64,000 nt of DNA, from sequence record PQ303785.1, one strand, 5' to 3'. Below the pieces are notes generated by a model. It worked only from the letters and a program-made list of their open reading frames with translations. It was not told the DNA's origin and did no database searches. Origin of the DNA: Escherichia phage LYE-01. This document shows positions 27,901 through 36,228 of the stretch, in pieces. The first letter of the stretch is position 1. Each line of letters opens with the position of its first letter. Both the position numbers and the translations under genes were made by a program.

Positions 27901-28838
27901 CGAATACTAGAATTAGTTGTTATAATACGTAAACGTGCTTTACTATCCCCGTCAAACAATCTCCACAATTTTTCATTATCATCATACATCAAGAAACCAT
28001 CAATCGATGTACGGCCTTCAATGGAATGAGTTCCAACTTCTTGCACTGAAGTTGTTTCATCGTATGTAGTAACAATTGTATGATAAAGTGGATTTAATTT
28101 GTCTAAATCGACGAAATTAATAATATCGCCATGATTAGCAAATCTCGGAAGTTTAATATTAATCGCCGCGGCTGAAGTAAATCTGCGCACGATAAAATCG
28201 TTAGATTGCGCCTGATAAAGACTTGCCGGTGTTACGACTACAGCTTCTCTGCTATAATCAGCAACATACATTTGCCACAGACGATTACTAAAAATTAAAA
28301 CTATCTGCGATTTTGGATGAGTCATTAGTACTGAACGTACTTGTTCGCCTCTGAAGTTTACAATACTTTGCACTGGAGCTACAATTAAAACCTGGTTAAC
28401 ACCAGGTTTTCCTCCAATGTCTTGGAGAACGATAGTATCTCCATCAATTGGGGAAGATGGTAAAGTAAATGTAATGTCATTACCAGCTGCAGTATCAACT
28501 GAAATTGATTCGCCTGACTTTAATTGATAAGGTCCTGATGAAACAGTTGTCCAATTAGCATCAGTACGTAATGCTCTCCAACGCACGCTATTAAAAGCTC
28601 CTGCTGGTTTTGGAATATCATTTATAGCAGCCCAAAAGCGGTTATCATAAATGATTACAAAATCTTTTAAATATCCACGAGTTGGATCGTATTGTTGAAC
28701 TGTGTTTTCTTGAATTAAGTAATCAACGTTAACACCGTCAGTTCCTACGGTACGATCAGCTAAAGCTACGTTGATTATTTTATCGCCACCTGCGTCCAGA
28801 CCGTCTTCTGCTCTGAACTTTCTTTTAATCTCGGCCAT
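24969..28838 (-). CDS. 34: long tail fibre proximal subunit gp34
   Basis: 1289 aa (T4 gp34 length); internal repeats; late promoter upstream. Confidence 0.9.
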   Translation of the reverse strand: MAEIKRKFRAEDGLDAGGDKIINVALADRTVGTDGVNVDYLIQENTVQQYDPTRGYLKDFVIIYDNRFWAAINDIPKPAGAFNSVRWRALRTDANWTTVSSGPYQLKSGESISVDTAAGNDITFTLPSSPIDGDTIVLQDIGGKPGVNQVLIVAPVQSIVNFRGEQVRSVLMTHPKSQIVLIFSNRLWQMYVADYSREAVVVTPASLYQAQSNDFIVRRFTSAAAINIKLPRFANHGDIINFVDLDKLNPLYHTIVTTYDETTSVQEVGTHSIEGRTSIDGFLMYDDNEKLWRLFDGDSKARLRIITTNSSIRPNEEVMVFGANNGTTQTIELQLPTDISIGDTVKISMNYMRKGQTVKIKAAGEDKIASSVQLLQFPKRSEYPPEAEWVTVQELVFNGETNYVPVLQLAYIEDSDGKYWVVQQNVPTVERVDSLNDSTRARLGVIALATQAQANADLENSPQKELAITPETLANRTATETRRGIARIATTAQVNQDTTFSFADDIIVTPKKLNERTATETRRGVAEIATQQETNAGTDDTTIITPKKLQARQGSESLSGIVTFVSTAGATAASSRELNGTNVYNKNTNNLVVSPKALDQYKATPTQQGAVILAVESEVIAGQSQEGWANAVVTPETLHKKTSTDARIGLIEIATQSEVNTGTDYTRAVTPKTLNGRKATESLSGIAEIATQVEFDAGVDDTRISTPLKIKTRFNSTDRTSVVALSGLVESGTLWDHYTLNILEANETQRGTLRVATQVEAAAGTLDNVLITPKKLLGTKSTEAQEGVIKVATQSETVAGTSANTAVSPKNLKWIVQSEPTWAATTLVRGFVKTSSGSITFVGNDTVGSTQSLELYEKNSYAVSPYELNRVLANYLPLKAKAVDSNLLDGLDSSQFIRRDIAQTVNGSLTLTQQTNLSAPLVSSSTATFGGSVSANSTLTISNTGTATRLIFEKGPQTGTNPAQTMTVKVWGNQFSGESDTTRSTVFEVSDETSSHFYSQRNKAGNITFNINGTVTPINVNASGTLNANGVATFGSSVTANGEFISKSSNAFRAINGDYGFFIRNDGANTYFMLTASGDQTGGFNGLRPLSINNQSGQVTIGESLIIAKGATITSGGLTVNSRIRSQGTKTSDLYTRAPTSDTVGFWSIDINDSATYNQFPGYFKMVEKTNEVTGLPYLERGEEVKSPGTLTQFGNTLDSLYQDWITYPTTPEARTTRWTRTWQKTKNSWSSFVQVFDGGNPPQPSDIGALPSDNAIMGNLTIRDFLRIGNVRIIPDPVNKTVKFEWVE
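27267..27410 (-). repeat. in-frame direct repeat within gene 34
   Basis: 24-nt ACCTCTACGAGTTTCTGTAGCAGT occurs twice, 120 nt apart (TATETRRG in both protein copies). Confidence 0.7.
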
Positions 28839-28871
28839 TCTCCCGGCTCCTATTGTGTTTTCAATAATAAG

Positions 28872-28879
28872 TATTTATA
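28872..28879 (-). promoter_or_regulatory. late promoter (TATAAATA on - strand) for gene 34
   Basis: + strand TATTTATA about 34 nt upstream of the gene 34 ATG. Confidence 0.65.
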
Positions 28880-28882
28880 CTT

Positions 28883-28912
28883 GTTTACTTTAAGATTCGG
28901 ATGGTATATAAT
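28883..28912 (+). promoter_or_regulatory. early promoter for rnh
   Basis: GTTTAC 28883-28888, TATAAT 28907-28912. Confidence 0.6.
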
Positions 28913-28941
28913 AGAAATCTCACTAATTGAACGAGGTTCAT

Positions 28942-29859
28942 ATGGATTTAGAAATGATGCTGGATGAAGATTACAAAGAAGGAATCTGCTTAATTGACTT
29001 TAGTCAAATTGCGCTTTCAACTGCTCTAGTAAACTTCCCAGATAAAGAAAAAATTAATTTATCAATGGTTCGTCATTTGATATTGAACTCAATTAAGTTT
29101 AATGTCAAAAAAGCAAAAACTCTTGGATACACTAAAATTGTACTGTGTATCGATAACGCGAAATCTGGATACTGGCGTCGTGATTTTGCTTATTATTATA
29201 AGAAAAACCGTGGAAAAGCACGAGAAGAATCTACTTGGGACTGGGAAGGTTATTTTGAATCCAGTCATAAAGTTATAGATGAATTGAAAGCTTATATGCC
29301 ATACATTGTTATGAATATTGATAAGTATGAAGCAGATGACCATATTGCTGTTCTTGTTAAAAAGTTCTCTTTAGAAGGACATAAGATTTTAATCATTTCA
29401 TCGGATGGTGACTTTACTCAACTTCACAAGTATCCAAATGTTAAGCAATGGTCACCGATGCACAAGAAATGGGTTAAAATTAAAAGCGGTTCTGCTGAAA
29501 TTGACTGTATGACTAAAATTCTTAAGGGTGATAAAAAGGATAACGTTGCTTCAGTTAAAGTACGATCTGACTTTTGGTTTACCAGAGTTGAAGGTGAACG
29601 AACTCCTTCAATGAAAACCTCTATTGTTGAAGCTATTGCTAATGACCGTGAGCAAGCTAAGGTGCTTCTTACCGAATCTGAATATAATCGATATAAAGAA
29701 AATTTAGTTCTAATTGATTTTGATTATATTCCTGATAATATTGCTTCAAATATTGTGAATTACTATAATTCATATAAATTACCACCGCGCGGCAAAATTT
29801 ATTCATATTTTGTAAAAGCGGGTCTTTCTAAATTAACTAATAGCATTAATGAATTTTGA
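28942..29859 (+). CDS. rnh: RNase H (5'-3' exonuclease/flap endonuclease)
   Basis: From ATG 28942: MDLEMMLDEDYKEGICLIDFSQIAL, 305 aa; track start 28927 is TTG. Confidence 0.9.
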   Translation: MDLEMMLDEDYKEGICLIDFSQIALSTALVNFPDKEKINLSMVRHLILNSIKFNVKKAKTLGYTKIVLCIDNAKSGYWRRDFAYYYKKNRGKAREESTWDWEGYFESSHKVIDELKAYMPYIVMNIDKYEADDHIAVLVKKFSLEGHKILIISSDGDFTQLHKYPNVKQWSPMHKKWVKIKSGSAEIDCMTKILKGDKKDNVASVKVRSDFWFTRVEGERTPSMKTSIVEAIANDREQAKVLLTESEYNRYKENLVLIDFDYIPDNIASNIVNYYNSYKLPPRGKIYSYFVKAGLSKLTNSINEF

Positions 29860-29867
29860 GGCGAATA

Positions 29868-30137
29868 ATGGCTAAAAAAGAAATGGTTGAATTTGATGAA
29901 GCTATCCATGGCGAAGACTTGGCTAAATTTATTAAAGAAGCATCTGACCATAAACTGAAAATTTCTGGTTATAATGAATTGATTAAAGATATTCGAATTC
30001 GTGCTAAAGATGAACTTGGCGTTGATGGTAAGATGTTTAATCGTCTATTAGCTTTGTATCATAAAGATAATCGTGATGTGTTTGAAGCTGAAACCGAAGA
30101 GGTAGTTGAACTTTATGACACAGTTTTCTCTAAATGA
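29868..30137 (+). CDS. dsbA: dsDNA-binding protein DsbA
   Basis: From ATG 29868: MAKKEMVEFDEAIHG, 89 aa. Confidence 0.8.
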   Translation: MAKKEMVEFDEAIHGEDLAKFIKEASDHKLKISGYNELIKDIRIRAKDELGVDGKMFNRLLALYHKDNRDVFEAETEEVVELYDTVFSK

Positions 30138-30453
30138 TATTCGTCCGGTCGATGAGACCGGTCTTTCAGAAAAAGAACTTTCAATTAAGAAAGAAAAGGA
30201 TGAAATAGCAAAGCTTCTTGACCGCCAAGAAAATGGATTTATTATTGAAAAAATGGTAGAAGAGTTTGGAATGAGTTATCTTGAAGCTACAACAGCATTC
30301 TTAGAAGAAAATTCTATTCCTGAAACTCAATTTGCTAAATTTATTCCTTCGGGTATAATTGAAAAAATTCAGTCAGAAGCTATTGACGAAAATCTTTTAC
30401 GTCCTTCTGTTGTTCGTTGTGAAAAAACTAATACATTAGATTTTCTACTATGA
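30115..30453 (+). CDS. 33: late transcription co-activator gp33
   Basis: From ATG 30115: MTQFSLNDIRPVDETG, 112 aa. Confidence 0.8.
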   Translation: MTQFSLNDIRPVDETGLSEKELSIKKEKDEIAKLLDRQENGFIIEKMVEEFGMSYLEATTAFLEENSIPETQFAKFIPSGIIEKIQSEAIDENLLRPSVVRCEKTNTLDFLL

Positions 30454-31103
30454 TTAAACTCCGCATGCCTGCTGGTGGTGAAAGATATATTGATGGTAAA
30501 TCAGTTTATAAATTATACTTAATGATAAAACAACATATGAATGGAAAGTATGATGTAATTAAGTATAATTGGTGCATGCGGGTGTCTGATGCCGCTTATC
30601 AAAAGCGAAGGGATAAGTATTTTTTCCAGAAGTTATCAGAAAAATATAAATTAAAAGAACTTGCTTTAATCTTTATAAGCAATCTTGTTGCTAACCAGGA
30701 TGCTTGGATTGGTGACATCTCTGACGCTGATGCACTTGTGTTTTATCGTGAATATATCGGACGCTTAAAGCAAATTAAATTTAAGTTTGAAGAAGATATT
30801 CGCAATATTTATTATTTTAGTAAAAAAGTTGAAGTTTCTGCTTTTAAAGAAATCTTTGAGTATAATCCAAAAGTTCAATCAAGTTATATTTTTAAACTAC
30901 TTCAATCGAATATAATTTCGTTTGAGACGTTTATCTTGCTTGATTCGTTTTTAAATATAATTGATAAACATGATGAACAGACTGATAATTTAGTCTGGAA
31001 TAATTATTCTATAAAGTTAAAAGCTTATAGAAAAATTTTAAATATTGATTCACAGAAAGCTAAAAGTGTTTTCATTGAAACTGTGAAATCTTGCAAGTAT
31101 TAA
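30450..31103 (+). CDS. 59: helicase loader gp59
   Basis: 217 aa, MIKLRMPAGGERYIDGKSVYKLY. Confidence 0.85.
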   Translation: MIKLRMPAGGERYIDGKSVYKLYLMIKQHMNGKYDVIKYNWCMRVSDAAYQKRRDKYFFQKLSEKYKLKELALIFISNLVANQDAWIGDISDADALVFYREYIGRLKQIKFKFEEDIRNIYYFSKKVEVSAFKEIFEYNPKVQSSYIFKLLQSNIISFETFILLDSFLNIIDKHDEQTDNLVWNNYSIKLKAYRKILNIDSQKAKSVFIETVKSCKY

Positions 31104-31111
31104 TTGCTTAT

Positions 31112-31119
31112 TATAAATA
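31112..31119 (+). promoter_or_regulatory. late promoter (TATAAATA) for gene 32
   Basis: Exact TATAAATA; MotA-box-like TTGCTTA 31104-31110 and TATAAT 31123-31128 are adjacent. Confidence 0.55.
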
Positions 31120-31136
31120 GATTATAATTATCTCAC

Positions 31137-31202
31137 TGACCAGCTATGAGGTCATACATCGTCATAGCACCAACTGTTAATTAAATTAAAAAGGAAATAA
31201 AA
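31137..31202 (+). promoter_or_regulatory. gene 32 translational operator: 5' pseudoknot plus A/U-rich leader
   Basis: TGACC-AGCTATGA-GGTCA-TACATCG-TCATAGC (two interleaved stems), then TTAATTAAATTAAAAAGGAAATAAAA before the ATG. Confidence 0.75.
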
Positions 31203-32111
31203 ATGTTTAAACGTAAATCTACTGCTGAACTCGCTGCACAAATGGCTAAACTGGCTGGAAATAAAGGTGGTTTTTCTTCTGAAGATAAAGGCGAGTGGAA
31301 ACTGAAACTCGACAATGCGGGTAACGGTCAAGCAGTAATTCGTTTTCTTCCGTCTAAAAATGATGAACAAGCACCATTCGCAATTCTTGTAAATCACGGT
31401 TTCAAGAAAAATGGTAAATGGTATATTGAAAACTGTTCATCTACCCACGGTGATTACGATTCTTGTCCAGTATGTCAGTACATCAGTAAAAATGATTTGT
31501 ACAACACTGACAATAAAGAGTATGGTCTTGTTAAACGCAAAACTTCTTACTGGGCTAACATTCTTGTAGTAAAAGACCCAGCTGCTCCAGAAAATGAAGG
31601 CAAAGTATTTAAATACCGTTTTGGTAAGAAAATCTGGGATAAAATCAATGCAATGATTGCAGTTGATGTTGAAATGGGTGAAACTCCGGTTGATGTAACT
31701 TGTCCGTGGGAAGGTGCTAACTTTGTACTGAAAGTTAAACAAGTTTCTGGGTTTAGTAACTACGATGAATCTAAATTCCTGAATCAATCTGCGATTCCAA
31801 ACATTGATGATGAATCTTTCCAGAAAGAACTGTTCGAACAAATGGTTGACCTTTCTGAAATGACTTCTAAAGATAAATTCAAATCGTTTGAAGAACTGAG
31901 CACTAAGTTCAGTCAAGTTATGGGAACTGCTGCTATGGGCGGTGCCGCAGCAACTGCCGCTAAGAAAGCCGATAAAGTTGCTGATGATTTGGATGCATTC
32001 AATGTTGATGACTTCAAAACAAAAACTGAAGATGATTTTATGAGCTCAAGCTCTGGCAGTTCATCTAGTGCTGATGACACGGACCTGGATGACCTTTTGA
32101 ATGACCTTTAA
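31203..32111 (+). CDS. 32: single-stranded DNA-binding protein gp32
   Basis: [24 protein letters not shown]; zinc ligands; acidic C-tail; operator pseudoknot upstream. Confidence 0.95.
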   Translation: MFKRKSTAELAAQMAKLAGNKGGFSSEDKGEWKLKLDNAGNGQAVIRFLPSKNDEQAPFAILVNHGFKKNGKWYIENCSSTHGDYDSCPVCQYISKNDLYNTDNKEYGLVKRKTSYWANILVVKDPAAPENEGKVFKYRFGKKIWDKINAMIAVDVEMGETPVDVTCPWEGANFVLKVKQVSGFSNYDESKFLNQSAIPNIDDESFQKELFEQMVDLSEMTSKDKFKSFEELSTKFSQVMGTAAMGGAAATAAKKADKVADDLDAFNVDDFKTKTEDDFMSSSSGSSSSADDTDLDDLLNDL

Positions 32112-32133
32112 TAGATTATATTACTAATTAATT

Positions 32134-32160
32134 GGGGACCCTAGAGGTCCCCTTTTTTTT
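32134..32160 (+). terminator. rho-independent terminator after gene 32
   Basis: GGGGACC-CTAGA-GGTCCCC then T8. Confidence 0.8.
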
Positions 32161-32184
32161 ATTTCAAATTTTTTTCACAAAACA

Positions 32185-32214
32185 GTTTACATCCTTGCTC
32201 TTCTATGGTACTAT
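32185..32214 (+). promoter_or_regulatory. early promoter
   Basis: A/T tract, GTTTAC 32185-32190, TACTAT 32209-32214. Confidence 0.6.
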
Positions 32215-32257
32215 ACAACTATCGGCAATACTGCTGATGATTAAAGAGGAAAATAAC

Positions 32258-32485
32258 ATGGCTAAAGTTGATATTGACATCGTTGATTTTGAATATATTG
32301 AAGAAATTATTCGTAATCGTTATCCTGAACTTAGAATCACAAATGTACAAGATTCTAAGTTTTGGAGTATTCAAATCGTTATTGAAGGTCCTCTTGAAGA
32401 CCTCACCCGCTTTATGGCTAATGAATACTGTGATGGCATGGATTCTGAAGACGCAGAATTTTACATGGGACTGATCGAACAATAA
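32258..32485 (+). CDS. hypothetical 75-aa protein
   Basis: Track ORF starts upstream inside terminator/promoter; ATG 32258 follows AAGAGGA. Confidence 0.5.
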   Translation: MAKVDIDIVDFEYIEEIIRNRYPELRITNVQDSKFWSIQIVIEGPLEDLTRFMANEYCDGMDSEDAEFYMGLIEQ

Positions 32486-32491
32486 TTATTA

Positions 32492-32509
32492 AGGGGCTAT
32501 CAAGCCCCT
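32492..32509 (+). terminator. hairpin AGGGGCT-ATCA-AGCCCCT
   Basis: 7-bp GC stem; no clear U-run. Confidence 0.4.
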
Positions 32510-32528
32510 ATTAAAATGAGGAAACATT

Positions 32529-32909
32529 ATGTATACTGGTAGAAAGTATGAACTTGTTCCAAGACTTATTGATACATTTATTAATTATAGCCCACGTTCT
32601 AATTCATCAATAGTTAAAGCTATTCGAGATAATGGCGGATGGTTTGAAGTTAAAGAAGTTTCCGTCGCTAATGGATATAAAGCAGTAAAACACATTGAAT
32701 GCGCAAATGGAAAACATTTTTACCTCAAAGATAGACTTTTAGAAATTTGTGAAGACGAATTTCATTGTTTTCGTGAGTATAAAGAACCGACTTCTGAAGA
32801 AGATGAAGTCGAAGACAAGATTTCTGGCGTAACAAAAATTCACTGCATTGTTGACGAAAACAATGTAGATGAAATCATTGAACTTTTGCGAAAAACTTTC
32901 AAAAAGTAG
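32529..32909 (+). CDS. hypothetical protein
   Basis: ORF track. Confidence 0.5.
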   Translation: MYTGRKYELVPRLIDTFINYSPRSNSSIVKAIRDNGGWFEVKEVSVANGYKAVKHIECANGKHFYLKDRLLEICEDEFHCFREYKEPTSEEDEVEDKISGVTKIHCIVDENNVDEIIELLRKTFKK

Positions 32910-32938
32910 TTTACAGAAGGGTAGTAGTGTGATACTAT
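32909..32938 (+). promoter_or_regulatory. early promoter
   Basis: GTTTAC 32909-32914, TACTAT 32933-32938. Confidence 0.55.
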
Positions 32939-32963
32939 TACCCTATCAATTAAGGAGAATAAA

Positions 32964-33206
32964 ATGAGATTACAACGCCAGAGCATCAAAGATTCAGAAG
33001 TTAGAGGTAAATGGTATTTTAATATCATCGGTAAAGATTCTGAACTCGTTGAAAAAGCTGAACATCTTTTACGTGATATGGGATGGGAAGATGAATGCGA
33101 TGGATGCCCTCTTTATGAGGATGGAGAAAGCGCAGGATTCTGGATTTATCATTCTGACGTCGATCAGTTTAAAGCTGATTGGAAAATTGTGAAAAAGTCT
33201 GTTTGA
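32964..33206 (+). CDS. hypothetical protein
   Basis: ORF track; early promoter and AAGGAG SD upstream. Confidence 0.5.
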   Translation: MRLQRQSIKDSEVRGKWYFNIIGKDSELVEKAEHLLRDMGWEDECDGCPLYEDGESAGFWIYHSDVDQFKADWKIVKKSV

Positions 33207-33216
33207 GGAAAATATT

Positions 33217-33552
33217 ATGTCTGACATTCACGTAACTGGAATTGCCCAAGTAAACATCCGTTGCCAATTTAAAACTGTACCTGGGGTGACTCATATTACT
33301 TTATCACACGACCCATATTCTCGTGGAAGACAGATAACTGGCGTAATTAAGTTTTTCGGTGGAATTGGCGGAAACGAATTTACTATAGGCGATGACGAAA
33401 TTGTTGGCTGTAAACTAAAAGTTCAAAAGGGCGTGTTAGAACTTTTTAGTGATGAAGTTTTTGATGAAATCTCACGAGCAGTTAATAAAGGAATGTTAAC
33501 GTTAATCAAAATGATTAAAGCCAGTGGATATGTTCCCGATCCTTTATATTAG
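33217..33552 (+). CDS. hypothetical protein
   Basis: ORF track. Confidence 0.5.
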   Translation: MSDIHVTGIAQVNIRCQFKTVPGVTHITLSHDPYSRGRQITGVIKFFGGIGGNEFTIGDDEIVGCKLKVQKGVLELFSDEVFDEISRAVNKGMLTLIKMIKASGYVPDPLY

Positions 33553-33560
33553 GAGATAAT

Positions 33561-34387
<827 letters not shown>

Positions 34388-34407
34388 AATAACGCGTGGC
34401 GGAAAAT

Positions 34408-34755
34408 ATGAACTTTAATTATTATCCTATTCTATTAGAAAAAGACGCAAAACAACCAAAATGGCAGGGTCCTCAGTTTATTAAAGGCGTCTATCAATTA
34501 GTAGTTCCTAAAGACAAGATTTATAGTAGTTGTTTCACTGAATCCGCTTGCAGTATTTTCGGTAATAGTTCTCCGTATTGGAATTTTGATATAAAGCTGG
34601 ATAGAAATATTGATATTTGGTTGAAAGCTATGGATATTGACAATATCACGTTTGATGAGAATAATTATCATATTATTGGTCGTTTTTCCAAACGTGGTAA
34701 AGAATTATATTTCACGCCTGAAATTGAAAGAAAATTTGACGCTAAACCGTATTGA
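34408..34755 (+). CDS. hypothetical 115-aa protein between frd and td
   Basis: Track ORF starts GTG 34396; first ATG 34408; no recognisable motif. Confidence 0.45.
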   Translation: MNFNYYPILLEKDAKQPKWQGPQFIKGVYQLVVPKDKIYSSCFTESACSIFGNSSPYWNFDIKLDRNIDIWLKAMDIDNITFDENNYHIIGRFSKRGKELYFTPEIERKFDAKPY

Positions 34756-34800
34756 TTATTTAGCTTCATAAAATGTATTATAATTTATATAAGGTACTAA

Positions 34801-35661
34801 ATGAAACAATACCAAGATTTAATTAAAGACATTTTTGAAAATGGCTATGAAACTGATGACCGAACAGGCACAGGAACAATTGCTTTGTTCGGTACTAAAT
34901 TACGCTGGGATTTAAGTAAAGGTTTTCCTGCAGTAACAACTAAGAAGCTCGCCTGGAAAGCTTGCATTGCTGAGCTAATATGGTTTTTATCAGGAAGCAC
35001 AAATGTCAATGATTTACGATTAATTCAGCATGATTCATTAATTCAAGGCAAAACAGTCTGGGATGAAAATTACGAAAATCAAGCAAAAGATTTAGGATAC
35101 CATAGCGGTGAACTTGGTCCAATTTATGGAAAACAATGGCGTGATTTTGGCGGTGTAGACCAAATTATAGAAGTTATTGATCGTATTAAAAAACTGCCGA
35201 ATGATAGGCGTCAAATTGTTTCTGCATGGAATCCAGCTGAACTTAAATATATGGCATTACCGCCTTGTCATATGTTCTATCAGTTTAATGTGCGTAATGG
35301 CTATTTGGATTTGCAGTGGTATCAAAGAAGTGTTGACGTGTTCTTGGGCTTGCCATTCAACATTGCATCATATGCTGCATTAGTTCATATTGTAGCTAAG
35401 ATGTGTAATCTTATTCCAGGAGATTTGATATTTTCTGGTGGTAATACTCATATCTATATGAATCACGTAGAACAATGTAAAGAAATTTTGCGTCGTGAAC
35501 CTATGGATTTATGCGAATTACAATTAAAATTTCCAGATGAATTTGATGAATGGGACACAGAATCACAGGTATTTTGGTTGAGTCAATTCGCAAAGCCGCA
35601 TAATTTTGTTCTTAACAACTATGTATCTCACCCTCCTATTAAAGGAAAAATGGCGGTGTAA
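34801..35661 (+). CDS. td: thymidylate synthase, uninterrupted (no intron)
   Basis: 286 aa continuous ORF; LPPCH active-site motif. Confidence 0.9.
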   Translation: MKQYQDLIKDIFENGYETDDRTGTGTIALFGTKLRWDLSKGFPAVTTKKLAWKACIAELIWFLSGSTNVNDLRLIQHDSLIQGKTVWDENYENQAKDLGYHSGELGPIYGKQWRDFGGVDQIIEVIDRIKKLPNDRRQIVSAWNPAELKYMALPPCHMFYQFNVRNGYLDLQWYQRSVDVFLGLPFNIASYAALVHIVAKMCNLIPGDLIFSGGNTHIYMNHVEQCKEILRREPMDLCELQLKFPDEFDEWDTESQVFWLSQFAKPHNFVLNNYVSHPPIKGKMAV

Positions 35662-35684
35662 TTAATTATTAATTGTGAGGATAT

Positions 35685-35948
35685 ATGATTTTACGATTTA
35701 AAGATACTTCTGGTGTAGTTCTTTTTACACTTCCTAACCCAAGCGAGTTAGAAGTTCCAGGACCAAATCAGCCTATTATAATTTATGGCAAAAAATATTA
35801 TACTCATAAAATGACTCGTGAGTATTTTGATAATAAAATTTCTACGGTTAAAACTTCTTCAGATTGTTATTATGATATTACTGTTTTAACGGAAAAACAA
35901 TATGACGAATTATTACCGCGCGGGCCGTCTATGCCAAGTAGTGAATAA
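35685..35948 (+). CDS. hypothetical protein (nrdA.2 position)
   Basis: ORF track. Confidence 0.45.
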   Translation: MILRFKDTSGVVLFTLPNPSELEVPGPNQPIIIYGKKYYTHKMTREYFDNKISTVKTSSDCYYDITVLTEKQYDELLPRGPSMPSSE

Positions 35949-36228
35949 ATATAAATCCGACTTTGATGTTAATATTCACCGTGGTACATTTTGGGGAAAT
36001 TACGTCGGTAAAGATGCTGGCAGCCGGGAGGCTGCCATTGAATTATTCAAAAAAGATTTTATACGTCGAATTAAATCCGGAGAAATAACTAAAGCACATT
36101 TAGAGCCTTTACGTGGAATGAGGCTAGGATGCACATGTAAACCAAAGCCGTGTCATGGTGATATAATAGCTCATATAGTTAACCGATTGTTTAAAGACGA
36201 TTTTCAAGTTGAGGACTTATGCAATTAA
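35902..36228 (+). CDS. hypothetical protein, DUF4326-like (nrdA.1 position)
   Basis: [13 protein letters not shown] motif resembles DUF4326; from memory. Confidence 0.4.
   Translation: MTNYYRAGRLCQVVNKYKSDFDVNIHRGTFWGNYVGKDAGSREAAIELFKKDFIRRIKSGEITKAHLEPLRGMRLGCTCKPKPCHGDIIAHIVNRLFKDDFQVEDLCN

Noticed and set aside
35177-35383. 68-aa alternate-frame ORF inside td
   Set aside because: Nested in thymidylate synthase coding sequence; no start signals.
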